64,000 nucleotides of DNA, taken from Octopus vulgaris. Taxonomy: Eukaryota. The position numbers and the translations under genes are program-made. This document shows positions 27,846-41,674 of this stretch, in pieces (the first letter of the stretch is position 1; each line of letters begins with the position of its first letter). The DNA lies in the NCBI GenBank assembly GCA_951406725.2, contig OX597829.1, forward strand, positions 49,662,001-49,726,000. Reading direction: 5' to 3'. A model generated the notes under the pieces. That model was not told where the DNA came from. It searched no databases and saw only the letters and a program-made list of their open reading frames with translations.

Positions 27846-28231
27846 AAGTAGCTTGCTTACGAATCACATGGCTCCGGGTTCAGTCCCACTGCATGGCAGC
27901 TTAGGCAAGTGTCTTCTACTATAGCCTCGGGCCGACCAAAGCCTTGTGAGTGGATTTGGTAGACGGAAACTGAAAGGGCCATCATATATATATGTGTGTG
28001 TATGTGTGTATGTGTGTGTGTGTGTTTTTTTGTGTATGTATGTTTGTGTGTCTGTGTTTGTCCCCCCAATATCACTTGACAACCAATGCTGGTGTGTTTA
28101 CGTCCTCGTAACTTAGCGGTTCGGCAAAAAAGACCGATAGAATAAGTACTAGGTTTATTTTTGCTCGACTAAAGACGGTGCTCCAACATGGCCACAGTCA
28201 CATGACTGAACCAAGTAAAAGAGTAAAAGAG
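27846..28231 (+). mobile_element. Remainder of the split group A SINE (head at 25615-25655)
   Basis: Sequence resumes exactly at the TSD; short TSD acta at 25611-25614 and 28232-28235. Confidence 0.88.
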
Positions 28232-28408
28232 ACTAATATAGTGATCTCGTTCGTTCTGGGCGGTTATCTCCCCTATCAGTATATGAAAATGTGCTTTCCA
28301 AGGGTTTTTTTTAAACCTCTTTTTCCTAGCAAAATAGGGCACTCTTAGTCACAATTATTGACAACTGAATTTTTGCTTTTTGCTTTTATATTGCATATAG
28401 CTACCTTT

Positions 28409-28461
<53 letters not shown>

Positions 28462-28625
28462 CAGGAGTGGCTGTGTGGTAAGTAGCTTGCTAACCAACCA
28501 CATGGTTCCGGGTCGGGTCCAGTCCCACTGCGTGGCATCTTGGGCAAGTGTCTTCTGCTATAGCCCCGGGCCGACCAATGCCTTGTGAGTGGATTTGGTA
28601 GACGGAAACTGAAAGAAGCCTGTCG

Positions 28626-28658
<33 letters not shown>

Positions 28659-28846
28659 TTGTGTGTCTGTGTTTGTCCCCCTAGCATTGCTTGACAACCG
28701 ATGCTGGTGTGTTTACGTCTCCGTAACTTAGCGGTTCGGCAAAAGAGACCGATAAAGAATAAGTCCCGGGGTCGATTTGCTCGACTAAAAGCGGTGCTCC
28801 AGCATGGCCGCAGTCAAATGACTGAAACAAGTAAAAGAGTAAAAGA

Positions 28847-28847
<1 letters not shown>
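28462..28847 (+). mobile_element. SINE group A
   Basis: Family consensus match, inserted in (TA)n. Confidence 0.92.
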
Positions 28848-28902
<55 letters not shown>

Positions 28903-28926
28903 TTTTACTCTTTTTATATATATATA

Positions 28927-29311
28927 CCAGTTGAATAAAGTTACAACAAGGTATGGTTTTCACGTTTTTTATTATTGTACTTAATTTTTTTTACCATGCT
29001 GAAGTGTATAATGTTCATAAAGTTCAGTTAGCGCTTTCCTACGTTGGTAGAAATCATCAGATTTTTTAAAAATGTATAAAAAGGAAGAAGTCAGTAATTT
29101 TACTAGTTGTCAAGCACTCAACTCAACTGTCAGTCAATACATTTTGAAATCTGATAATTACTACGAACTTGTGAAAGCTTTAACTGAACTTTATAACATT
29201 ACTAAATATTTTTTTTAATGTTTAACACACTTCAACGTTGTGAAAAAAATATTTCAATACATTTATAAAAAAACATGAAAACCAGACCATGTTGTAACTT
29301 TATTCAACTGA
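28927..29311. mobile_element. Fold-back MITE (Tc1/mariner/pogo-type, TA-flanked)
   Basis: TIR cagttgaataaagttacaacaWggtMtggttttca at both ends; imperfect palindromy extends about 150 bp. Confidence 0.85.
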
Positions 29312-29379
29312 TATATTATTGTATACATATTTACACAGATTCGGAATATGTATTTATAAATGTGTGTGTGTGTGTGTGT

Positions 29380-29812
29380 AGGCGCAGGCGTGGCTGTGTG
29401 GTAAGAAGCTTGCTTACCTACCACATCGTACCGGGTTCAGTCTTACTGCGTGGCAGCTTGGGCAAGTGTCTTCCACTGTAGCCTCGGTCCGACCAATGTC
29501 TTGTGAGTGGATTTGGTAGACGGAAACTGAAAGAAGCCCGTCGTAAATATATATATATATATATGTGTGTGTATATGTATATGTATATATATATACACAC
29601 ATTTGTGTGTGTCTGTGTTTGTCGCTCCATCATCGCTTGACAACCGATGTTGGTGTATTTACGTCCCCGTAACTTAGCTGTTCGGCAACAGGCACCGATA
29701 AAATAAGTACCAGGCTTACAAAGAATAAGTCCAAGGATCGATTTCTTCAACTAAAGGCGGTGCTCCAGCATGGCCGCAGTCAAATGACTGAAACAAGTAA
29801 AAGAATAAAAGA
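29380..29812 (+). mobile_element. SINE group A
   Basis: Family consensus match. Confidence 0.92.
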
Positions 29813-29822
29813 TGGGTATATA

Positions 29823-30662
29823 CAGGGTACGATGGGTAAATTGTCGCCATTTTTAATTTCGTGCATGCTCATTGTTTTTAATTTTGTTGTTTACACAGTA
29901 TTGTAGGGTCAGTTGGCACCGTCTGTGAGAAAAACAGCACCATGTCTCAGTTCACTCACCCAAAAGTTTGGAAACGTCATGCTGTACTGCTTGGCATTCG
30001 CCCCGGAAGCTCCAATACAAACACTTTAGAGTGGTTGAGTATCAATCTGCGGACAGTGCAATTTGAGGACATGTACCGAGAGTGATAAAAAAGCAAACAT
30101 CAAGTCAACATCACAGTGTTTAGAGTGATCACAAGTGATGGCGATATTACGCTTCCATTTCTCTTCCTACACGGCCTCACCCTCGACGCCTACATCAAGT
30201 GCCTGGAGGAGGTAGTGTTGTCCTGGATCAAAAAGGTTGGCTGCTGGAAGACCCTGTGTCTGGCAACAGGACTTTGCTCCAAGCCACTCAAACAGGAAAA
30301 CCCAGTCATGGCTATCAGTCAATTTCTGCGACCACATAATCCCTAACTTCTGGCCGCCTAACTCCCCAGACTGCAATCCCTTTGATCATGATGCGTGGAG
30401 CACAGCTGAGCGAGAGACCAACAAAACCCTTGAAAGCAAGGATTATGGCAGCATTCACTAACTTAAACGAGGAGACCATCCAAAAGAATTGCAAAAGATT
30501 CCGAAGTCGTCTGGGGGCCGTGGTTGAAGCTATTGAATAAATTTACTGTTTAGTATTTCAAGATATTTTTATGCAATTCGATAAATATATCTTTCAAAAT
30601 GAGATGTCAATGTTATTTTCACTTTTGCGTAATTTAGACGACAATTTATTCACCGCTCCTTG
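29823..30662 (+). mobile_element. maT (DD37D) Tc1/mariner transposon, internally deleted
   Basis: Imperfect TIRs cagggtacgatgggtaaattgtcgcc / gacgacaatttattcaccgctccttg. WQQD followed by exactly 37 residues to D in WPPNSPDCNPFD. Confidence 0.85.
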
Positions 30663-30694
30663 TGCATGTATTTGTGTATATATATATATATGTG

Positions 30695-30780
<86 letters not shown>

Positions 30781-30805
30781 TATTTCTTATGATATATATA
30801 TATAT

Positions 30806-30859
<54 letters not shown>

Positions 30860-30866
<7 letters not shown>

Positions 30867-31282
30867 TTTAGCGATGGTCATGTTGCCAATTTAGCCAATA
30901 AAAATACACGCACTATATATTTGGTGTTATTTAGCTTCAGCGTTCTTTATTTTTTACATTAATCTTAATCTTATTTCGGCCAGAGTTCTTTCGTTACACT
31001 TCTGTGACCTCATCAGTGGTCCTTTGCTTTCTTCTTTCTTATTTGTGTGTCCCTCCTAAGTAACGATCAGCTATTTTGTATTTTGTATTCCTATTGTATG
31101 TGTCTTTATTTGCGCATGCGTATACCCCTATGTGTGTCTATGTTTAGTAAGTGCGTGAGGGGAGTACCTGTATTATGTGTATCCATGATTGTGTAATTTG
31201 TTTTTATTTATTTTGTTCATGTATTTATACCTACTTATTTTTTGTATTTAATTTAATTTAATTATTTTTAAAATTTTAAATT

Positions 31283-31341
<59 letters not shown>

Positions 31342-31800
31342 TTTAATTCCATTTGTTAATCTGTGTATTTTATTATGTTTTGTTTATATTGTTATCAGTT
31401 TATGGGGATCTTATTCTGTCATATGTTGTGGTGTGTTGGGGGGGGGGTGCTAGTGTTCCATTCCAGTTTCCTATTGAGGCTAGGTTTATCTTCTATTATG
31501 TGTGTAGCTTCTGTAACTTGTCGAAGTGTTGCGTCTGTTCTATGTGATAACAAGATTTTAACTTCTATGTTGTTGAGTGAGCCTCCGTATTCCTGCTCGG
31601 CGTGTTGGTACAGAACCGATGAGCTCTTTCCTTCCTTAAGTTCTCTCCAATGAACATTTACCCGCTCTCCTATGCTCCGTGCCGTTTCCCCTACGTACGT
31701 CGTTGTCTTGTTACTGCATCGTCCCTCTGTACATCTTATACTATAGACAACATTTCTGGCTTTACAGTTTGTTTGTGGGCTAAATCTATACACAGTACAG
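30860..31800 (-). mobile_element. Penelope-like element 3' end: GIY-YIG endonuclease plus terminal region
   Basis: NCKARNVVYSIRC...YVGETARSIGERVNVH...EATHI...PSLN at 31419-31780. Downstream partial hammerhead CTGATGA-ggtca...tggcc-GAAA at 30975-31016. Confidence 0.85.
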
Positions 31801-31838
31801 TTCCTATCAGTACTGATGTGTGTAGATTTAGCCCACAA

Positions 31839-31982
31839 GCAGATATAAACCATTAATAAAACAGATATAACCATTAATTAAAACAGATATAAACTATTAA
31901 TTAAACAGATATTAACCATTAATTAAAACAGATATAAACTATTAATTAAACAGATATTAACCATTAATTAAAACAGCTATAA
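31839..31982. repeat. ~20-21 bp minisatellite (cagatataaccattaattaaaa) x ~7
   Basis: Direct inspection. Confidence 0.9.
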
Positions 31983-32279
31983 GCAAATCTATGTTTTCAG
32001 ATACTCCGTGTTACGTTGCTTTTCGAGATAAGTCGCATGTCTTGGAATCAATTTCCGACGTAAGTGAGCGGGTATGCCTGCATACGTTAGTAAATGTCTA
32101 CCTCTTACAGACTGCGCAGCGGATGTCCGGGGTTTTTCGCCTATTTAACCTTTTTTTTTATCCTTTCTCTCTTCTACTCTACCTTTGATTTCGCATAAGA
32201 TCAAAATATGTGTCATATTAGATGAAAAGATATTTAATTTTTTAATTTCATATTGTACATTCATACATACATACTATTT

Positions 32280-33470
32280 AGAAATCTGCAGTTACTCTAT
32301 CCAGATTACAAGTTCAGGTTTATACCAGTAATTATTGGAACCCCGGGATACGTAACATTGCGAATTGTAATTTTAAAATGTTTTTGAGTTGGACGTATTC
32401 AGCAGTCTTCGCTACTGAGTCAACAAAATTTGGAGAGACACTTGAATTTAGCGATGACGGGAGCAACGGTTTGTTTACATTATTTTTTACGTCGCTTCTG
32501 GCAGATTTTGGCCCATTCTCAGTGTTTTGGAAGGATCGAGAACCAGTTGATGTGTTTTGTTTTTTTTACAAAAGATGCTTGTTGTCGGAGCTGTTTCGCC
32601 ACGAAGGCATTTAAGTTGGGATGAACTTCGTCCCCGTATTGTTTTAACCGCTTCATGTATCCTATGGCTCAGAAACCTGGACGCTATCAAAGAAGCCTGA
32701 GAGGCGGTTGGATGGAACCTACACTCGCCTCCTTATGAGAGCTCAAAATCTCTCGTGGAAGTGCCATCCAACCAAAATGCAAATATATGGGAAACTACCA
32801 CCTGTGTCATCTCTTGTGAAAGGTAGGAGAGTCCAGTTCGCTGGGCATTGTTGTAGAGCTGAAAAAGAGGTAATTTCTACTCTTCTCCTCTGGAAGCCAT
32901 CTACTCGCAATACCAGAGGGCGCACACTCTCCTACACTGATGTAATCTCCAGGGATACAGGCATCCAGCAACAGGACTTCCGTAATGCCATGATGGACCG
33001 TGAAGTCTGGCGTAGCATGGTAAATTCCATTGTCTCGACCACGGTCGAACAATGATGATGATGATCCTATTGAAGGGTCATCTCGGAATTTTTCATAGCA
33101 CCGAAGTAAATCTTGGTTTTGTTGCTGGATCCAAATAAAGATGAGAAGAATACTGACGTCTTCTTAAATAGCTTACTGGTGAAGTGGTTCTGTTTTCATC
33201 GAATGGTGACGTTGTTAGTTTCGTCTGTGGTGGTGTCAGTTTCAGCCATAATCGTGTTAGCGACATTCCACGTTGTGGAGAAGTATATTTTAAAATCTAT
33301 TCAGGATAGCGCTATGTTAATGAGTAAAAGGTATTTCTCTTATTAATTATTCAAGAAATAAACCAGTTGCCGATTTAGGCAGAAGTTGGCTTATTTCTAC
33401 AGACAGGCTTTCAAAACGGACTTTTTAAACGGTCCACCACACCTACACATCCGGTGTTGACGGCGCCATT
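32280..33470 (-). mobile_element. Probable 5' end of an R4/Dong-type element, interrupted by an RTE insertion
   Basis: After removing the RTE, the minus strand reads DLLRCYEKFRDDPSIGYMKRLKQYGDEVHPNLNAFVAKQLRQQASFVKK, resembling the CY..GY.KR..W..HP..QL..Q N-terminal motif of this clade. Confidence 0.45.
32663..33063 (+). mobile_element. 5'-truncated RTE-clade LINE, 3' end
   Basis: YGSETWTLSKK..RRLDGTYTRLLMRAQN...FAGHC...MMDREVWR; stop, then (TGA)n tail; TSD atcctat at 32659-32665 and 33064-33070. Confidence 0.88.
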
Positions 33471-33781
33471 ATGTATGTATGTGTGTATGTATGTAGTTAT
33501 GTATGTATGCATATGTATGTATGTATGTGTGTATGTATGTATGTATGTATGCATATGTATGTATGTATATGTGTATGTATGTGTGTATGTGTGTATGTAT
33601 GTATGTATGTATGTATGTATGTATGTATGTATGTATGTATGTATCGTATGTATGTATGTATATGTATGTATGTATATGTATGTATGTATGTATGATGTGT
33701 GTATGTATGTATGCATGTACGTACGTATGTATGTATGTATGTATGTATGTATGTATGTATGTATGTATGTATGTATGTATG

Positions 33782-33812
<31 letters not shown>

Positions 33813-33849
33813 GTATGTATGTATGTATGTATGTATGTATGTATGTATG

Positions 33850-33878
<29 letters not shown>
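33470..33878. repeat. (TATG)n microsatellite
   Basis: Direct inspection. Confidence 0.97.
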
Positions 33879-33880
<2 letters not shown>

Positions 33881-35145
33881 TAGTATTACTATAAAATGAA
33901 TCTGTAGATATTAACCTCCTCATCAATCCTATTCCACGCTGTGAAAGTCGGAAGGTCGAATATACTGGCTATTATGAAACAGATGCCAAACAACATCAGT
34001 CGATTTATGAAAATTACGAACGATCACTCTTCTAGACACCGATAAATGTTTATGCATACTAAATCCAGAGCTAAGGATAGAGAATTTTGTCATCAATAGT
34101 ATCCTCAGTCGCATACACTCCGCTCGTGATACAGAAAAATCATGTTTCTCATTTGATCAGAATAAACTCGGGTACATTGGAGACAGCTCCTAATCAATAT
34201 CTGAAAAGATAGCTGAATTTGTATGAGTAATGAGAAATATATGTTCAGTATATACGGCCTGGTGAACAATACGAGCACATCTAAGGTTATTTTATCTCCT
34301 GCATTCAACTATTCGCCTACATAAAAGAGAAATATAGTTAACGTATATAACGAAGTCAAGGAACGATTTAAAATTGTATTAAAGAATGATGTTCGTAGAT
34401 AGTAAGATAACACTTAATTCGATAACGTAATATGATGTAATATTCGTAGACGCTACATGCAATAGTAAAACAGCTTAACAGATTTAGATAAATCTTACAC
34501 GAAATAAATCTGAATGTCCAAGCCGTGAAAGCAAAGCAAGTAAATCCATCAGATTTATCATTTATAAATCTTATCTTTTCGATAGAAATATATTTAGAAA
34601 ATATTGCTGCACAATTTGTGTAGCAAATAGACACGTTGGCGACGACAAGAAGAGTCTGGGAGATGCATGTACAGAATTTAAAAGAAGAGAGATTAAATGA
34701 AGTATAAGCAAAAGATTAATGATAAAACTATTTCCCTCTACCATCCGAGTGGCCAATATGGCGGAAAATATTAGTAATCTTGCTATGGCCATTGTATGAC
34801 CGCATCCCAGAGATCCAATAAGATGACCTATATGGCAGTCGTTTTATGGGACTCTAAAGGTTTTTCTCACTTGTTTGGTATGAAAAAAGGGTATGGAGCA
34901 GTGTTCATGTTTTTTTATACTGGCTCTTGAATCTTTGCAAATCAACAACTTGGCAAAGACATGAGCAGTAAGAGTATACCGGAGGGTCAACGTTTTGGAA
35001 AAGAAGGATTTGGTGTAATGTTTAGTGTTGGATTTGAAGTAATAAAGCTATAAAAAGAAAGTACCAGTTGGGCAGCGTCAATGCATTCAATCTGCAATGT
35101 ACTTCTGCAATCGTACTCCAAAATATGTACTCGATTTACTTTTTT

Positions 35146-35183
<38 letters not shown>

Positions 35184-35184
<1 letters not shown>

Positions 35185-35412
35185 GGCGGCGAGCTGGCAG
35201 AAACGTTAGAACGCCGGGCGAAATGCGTAGCCGTATTTCGTCTGTCGTTACGTTCCGTGTTCAAATTCCGCCGAGGTCGACTTTGCCTTTCATCCTTTCG
35301 GGGTCGATAAATTAAGTACCAGTGACGCACTGGGGTCGATGTGATCGACTTAATCCCTTTGTCTGTCCTTGTTTGTCCCCTCTGTGTTTAGCCCCTTGTG
35401 GGTAGTAAAGAA
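35184..35412 (+). mobile_element. SINE group B with 13-bp TSD atatatatgtaca
   Basis: Family consensus match; TSD on both sides. Confidence 0.92.
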
Positions 35413-35703
35413 ATATATATGTACACGCACGCACCCGAACACACATACACACACACACAAACACACACAAACACACACGTATATATTATGTATGTATGTA
35501 TGATTGGAGGGAGGGAGGGAGGGAGGGAGGGAGGAGTAGGTGTGGTGAGCAGAATAAAACAAAAATGGAAATTCCGTTTAAAAATATTTATATAACATCA
35601 TAAATATAAAAAAATTTGTAACCGAACATACAGTCTTATTCTGCTTTTGGAATATACACGCTGTAATCTAATCAAGTGTATATAATACCATTTATATATA
35701 TAT

Positions 35704-36031
35704 ATATTATATTAAATTAGAGATCATACAATGAAAAACTTAAGCCAATACATAAGATTAATTAATTTATATTATTTTAAATATATATCAAATTCGAGTT
35801 ACATTCAATCTTCAGGTGATTGAAATATTTATCTTAGCGAGGATTGACTGTAACTCGAATTATTACGAATTGGACAGCCATGAAACGATCGTAGTGTTAT
35901 ACTCATTATCTTTTTTTAATAATTTTGATATATTTAAAATAATATAAATTAATTAATCTTATGTATTGGCTTAAGTTTTTCATTGTATGATTTGCCTATT
36001 AGTGGTTTTATCTCTTATTTAATATAATATA
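35704..36031. mobile_element. Head-to-head inverted copies of a hammerhead-bearing Penelope-type terminus
   Basis: 35704-35812 is the reverse complement of 35842-36031, except for two internal deletions. Hammerhead parts: cac-CTGAAGA on the left arm; t-tgactgt..acagcca-t-GAAAC-gatc-GTA-gtg on the right arm. Confidence 0.7.
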
Positions 36032-36138
36032 ATATTTTACTATAAAATTGGATTCAATCCTAAATCTGATTTTTCCCTGTAAGTTTGGATTTATTCCCTA
36101 ATATTTTATTATATATATATATATATATATATAGATAG

Positions 36139-36193
<55 letters not shown>

Positions 36194-36277
36194 GACACAG
36201 ACAGACAGACAGATAGACAGAGACAGTCAGAGAGATGTACTTGCATAGCAGGTGACTTGATCTGGGATCGTGTGCTG

Positions 36278-36567
36278 AAACAAAAACAATGCAGCGTAGA
36301 AGATGTTTGTAAGTCATTCAAGAACACACAAAAACAGTTAGTTTCACTCCAATTTTGTGTAGCAAATAGACACATCGGCGACGACAAGGAGAGTCTGGGA
36401 GATGCATGTACAGAATTTAAAAGAAGAGAGATTAAATGAAGTATAAGCAAAAGATTAATGACACAAATTTTGACATTTGTGTCAAAATTTAAATGTTGAA
36501 ATGAAACTAACGGTTTTTGAATATTCTTAAATGGCTTACAAATATGTTTCACGTTACAATTGGTTTT
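36278..36567. repeat. Diverged inverted repeat enclosing a 112-bp copy of 34612-34722
   Basis: Arms about 36278-36350 and 36490-36567; insert 36350-36461. Confidence 0.8.
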
Positions 36568-36581
36568 ATATATATATAGAA

Positions 36582-36613
<32 letters not shown>

Positions 36614-36645
36614 TTATACATACATACATACATATATATATATAT

Positions 36646-36723
<78 letters not shown>

Positions 36724-38042
36724 GTATGTTTGCATGTATGGATGCATGTATATATATGTTTGTGTGTATATGTATATGTATATGCATATATATATATATA
36801 TATATATATACATACATATATATATACATACATGCATGCATACGTACATACATACACACATATATACACACATACATGTTTAAACACATACACACGAACA
36901 TACATATATGCATTCATATATACATAACGTACATAGCAGGGCGTCTCACATTGCTCCCGAGTCTTGGGACTGAAACTGAGTTAACGGAAACTATGTTAAA
37001 TCCCTTCAGATGCATTGTGTAAAACAAAAGAGAGGTAGGTCACGTGTTGAAATATCTTTGATCCTAACTTTACTCGATCAGGTCTAACTTGGGGCTAAGT
37101 ACATATTTTTCCAGCCATTGCAAAAAGTAGCTGTTAAAGCCAAACTGTGCTCCCTTGATGAGCTCTAATAAGATTGAAACATGACTGGAGCAATCAGCGT
37201 ATACTAAACACCAGACTAACTCGCCACTGCATAATCAATTAAACACTGTAGAAATAATCAAACGCCGTTTAATAAATTCCAATTTCAATATAATTTTCAG
37301 AATAATCTCCCTCCCTTATCTGATTTGAATTATTCATTTAGACAATTAATATTACCATCACTGAAAGTGTAATCTTTATTAATCAGAATTTTTTTGTAAG
37401 CTTACGTTTAGTTTTCCAATATTCTAGACGCCCTCGTCAAAATATCTCGTCATACACGTTTGATTTATTCTCTTCAGAAAGAAAAAAAAAAAATAATAAT
37501 GTAAGTTACATTAGCTTTATCAAGTAGGAAACTGTTTGCAAAGCTTGTCACCTGTGGCCCGCGACCAGTGTCACGTGACCTGTGAAGTGACTTTAAAAAA
37601 AAAAATAAAATTCGTACTCGTGTTCAGTTCATCGGAAAAAAACATTTTTGGATTACGACGACGAGTGCTAAACTCGTATTTATTGATTTGCCAAAATAAA
37701 AGATTGTGAGAGACATGGAAAGCAAGAGACATGATTATGGGGTAGTGGGGAAGAAGGCTGAGATGGTTAAGAGGGTAGGTGTACGAAGATTTATCCACAG
37801 AGGGAGAATAAATAATCGATTCTTCTTTCCTTAACTAATATCAGGAACAAGTAAGATTTCTTTCTGATTAATGAAATGTGAAATGTGTTTTTTTTTTTTC
37901 ATTTTGTTTTTTATATATTTTTTTTTTGGTTCAATCTCACTCTTTCGCTCTTACTCTTTTTCTCCCTAATTCGTTCTCCCACTCTTTCTCACTCTCTTGT
38001 CGTCTCTCACTACCTTTTATTATCTCTCCACACCTCCTTCAC

Positions 38043-38079
<37 letters not shown>

Positions 38080-38172
38080 TTCTATCTCTCACTTCTCTCC
38101 CTTTCTCTCTCTTTCTCTCTCTTCTCTCTCACTTCTCTTTCTTTCTCTTTCTCTCTCTCACTTCTCTCTCTA

Positions 38173-38238
<66 letters not shown>

Positions 38239-38322
38239 AGTCTCTCTCACGAAACAATGCATTATTTAAAACATGGCAGCAAATTTCCTTAAGACAAGTC
38301 ATATAAATGAATAAATAAATGA

Positions 38323-38377
<55 letters not shown>

Positions 38378-38417
38378 ATACATTTATATCCATATACATA
38401 TACATGTCCATATATAT

Positions 38418-38473
<56 letters not shown>

Positions 38474-38819
38474 GCAGTTAAATACAATGCAATACAATGC
38501 AATACAATGCAATACAATCAAAATAATGAACAGAACTACATTCAGAACGAATTAAGGAATATTTCTTTTTTCCCATTTTTTAAAAATTTTATAATTATTT
38601 TTATATTTATATTTATATATATATTTTTTCTTTCTTGCTTTCTATTTTTTATTTATTTTTTCATCTGGTTTTATTCCTAAAATTCATTTTAATGTAAAAG
38701 TTGCACGTTTTGCGAAATTTATTCCAAGTGAATATCGCAATATTTTAACAGCTGTTTTTTCTTTGTACCTCTTATTATTATTATTGTTTACCATTTTCCA
38801 AGTAATTCTATCTTCAACG

Positions 38820-38874
<55 letters not shown>

Positions 38875-39094
38875 ACCATTCTTTCTCTTCTTCTTTTCGT
38901 TCTTCTTTTCTTATACTCTCTATTTTCCTATTGTTTAATGAGAATCGTTCTGACAACGTGTTTCGTGTCAAATATTATTAGATTGGGTTGCATTCTTTCC
39001 CATCATTAATGTTTCGCCATGTCTGGCACAAAATAATCAGCATTATCATTGTTGCTGTTGCTATTGTTGTTGTTATAGCCATCACTGATAATAC

Positions 39095-39102
39095 TATTGT
39101 TG

Positions 39103-39137
<35 letters not shown>

Positions 39138-39150
39138 TATTATTACTATT

Positions 39151-39185
<35 letters not shown>

Positions 39186-39256
39186 TATCATTATTATTAT
39201 TATAATTATTGTCATTATTTTTATTATTATTATTATCATTATTATTATTATTATTA

Positions 39257-39289
<33 letters not shown>

Positions 39290-39315
39290 CATTATTATTG
39301 TCATTATTATTATTA

Positions 39316-39355
<40 letters not shown>

Positions 39356-39356
39356 G

Positions 39357-39411
<55 letters not shown>

Positions 39412-39640
39412 CATTATTATTATTATGATTACTATTATTATTACTATTATTATTGTTATTACGATCATCATTATCATTTCATTAGCATTTCATTCATCAT
39501 CATAATCATCTTCATCAGCAACAGCCAACAGCAGCAGCAGTATCACCGCCACCACCCATACAACCACAACGACAACCACTGCCATCATCATCATCATAAT
39601 CCTCACAACCACCACAATCATCGTCATCATTGTCATTATT

Positions 39641-39676
<36 letters not shown>

Positions 39677-39747
39677 GTCATCATCATTACCACCATCATC
39701 ACCATCATCATTATCACCATCATCATCAGCAGCATTTTCACCACCAC

Positions 39748-39802
<55 letters not shown>

Positions 39803-39957
39803 TTCATCACCATCATCTTCGTCATCATCATCACCACCACCGCCACCACCATCATTATCATCATCATCATCATCATTGACGTTAGCTTCATCATCACCAT
39901 CATCATCATCATCATCATCTTCGTCGTCATCACCACCACCACCACCATTACCATCAG

Positions 39958-40005
<48 letters not shown>

Positions 40006-40075
40006 TCTCATCATCATCATCATCATCATCCTCACCGTCATCATCATCATCACCATCACCATTACCATCATCGTA
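39095..40075. repeat. (ATT)n grading into (CAT)n/(CAC)n microsatellite
   Basis: Direct inspection. Confidence 0.97.
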
Positions 40076-40352
40076 ATTACGGTTGTAATAATATATTCTC
40101 GTATAATCACCGCCAGTATTATCCACCTGATTAGCATCAATGCCATTATCATCGACGCAGCTACTTATGGATGCGTCTAGTGACATCACCCGCGGTTGAT
40201 TTTCATTTTTTTTTTCTTTTTCTTTTTTTCACTTTCTCCATTTTACTACAGGTTGAATTTCCATTCCATATGCTGCCACTGTTTTCTAATTTTCTCTTAT
40301 CTAGCATAAATCACACCGTTGCTTCTTCCCTGTGTTCTTGCAAAGTTTGGAA

Positions 40353-40684
<332 letters not shown>

Positions 40685-40865
40685 TATATATAGGATGAAT
40701 GAAAAGAGAACTGTTTGCCTCTTCTGTGAGAGTGTGTGAGAGAGTGAGAAATAGAAAGAGAGAGAGAAATGATGAGAAGAAAGAGTTAATAACAGAAGAA
40801 ATAAAGGAATTAAGGAAAATATGTGTTTATATACATGTGTGTGTGTGTATGTATACATATGTATG

Positions 40866-40905
<40 letters not shown>

Positions 40906-41040
40906 AGTATGTAAGCATGTATGCATGTATGTATACATATATGCATGTAGATAGCTATGTATTTATTTATGCATGCATTCCATATGAATATATTTGTGCA
41001 TATATGCGAAAATACATCCATTTATATACATGTATTCATA

Positions 41041-41166
<126 letters not shown>

Positions 41167-41674
41167 TTCATACATACATACATACATACATACATAAATA
41201 CATACATACATAGACACATACACACGCATACATACATACATACATACATACATACATACATGCATATATACAAGTATATACACGCATAAATATATGAATA
41301 TATATGTATATTGAAGGAGAAAGAGATCGTAAAGAGAGAGAAACAGAAAAAAAAGGGACGAAGATTTCCCTTGATACACATAATCGTTAAGGGGTTATTA
41401 ATATGCAATGTTTTCGACAATATCTTCTAGAAATATATATTTCCATTCTTACTTCTGCACTTATAACTTCACCAGCAATGTTTACACTCCTGAGAAATGC
41501 ATGAATATTAAACAATCGTATTTCCCTTCAATATATATATATGCCTCAAATAAAGTATATTTAAAGAAATCTCATATCCTTGGACAAACAGGAATGTACG
41601 CACGGATGTACGCATCCATTTATGTATTATGTTGTGCATATGGTAGACAATAATATTTCATAGCAGTTGTTTTA

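Noticed and set aside
39097-40189. Long poly-His, poly-Asp and poly-Met ORFs
   Set aside because: Translations of (ATT)/(CAT) microsatellites, open in several frames, with no splice context.
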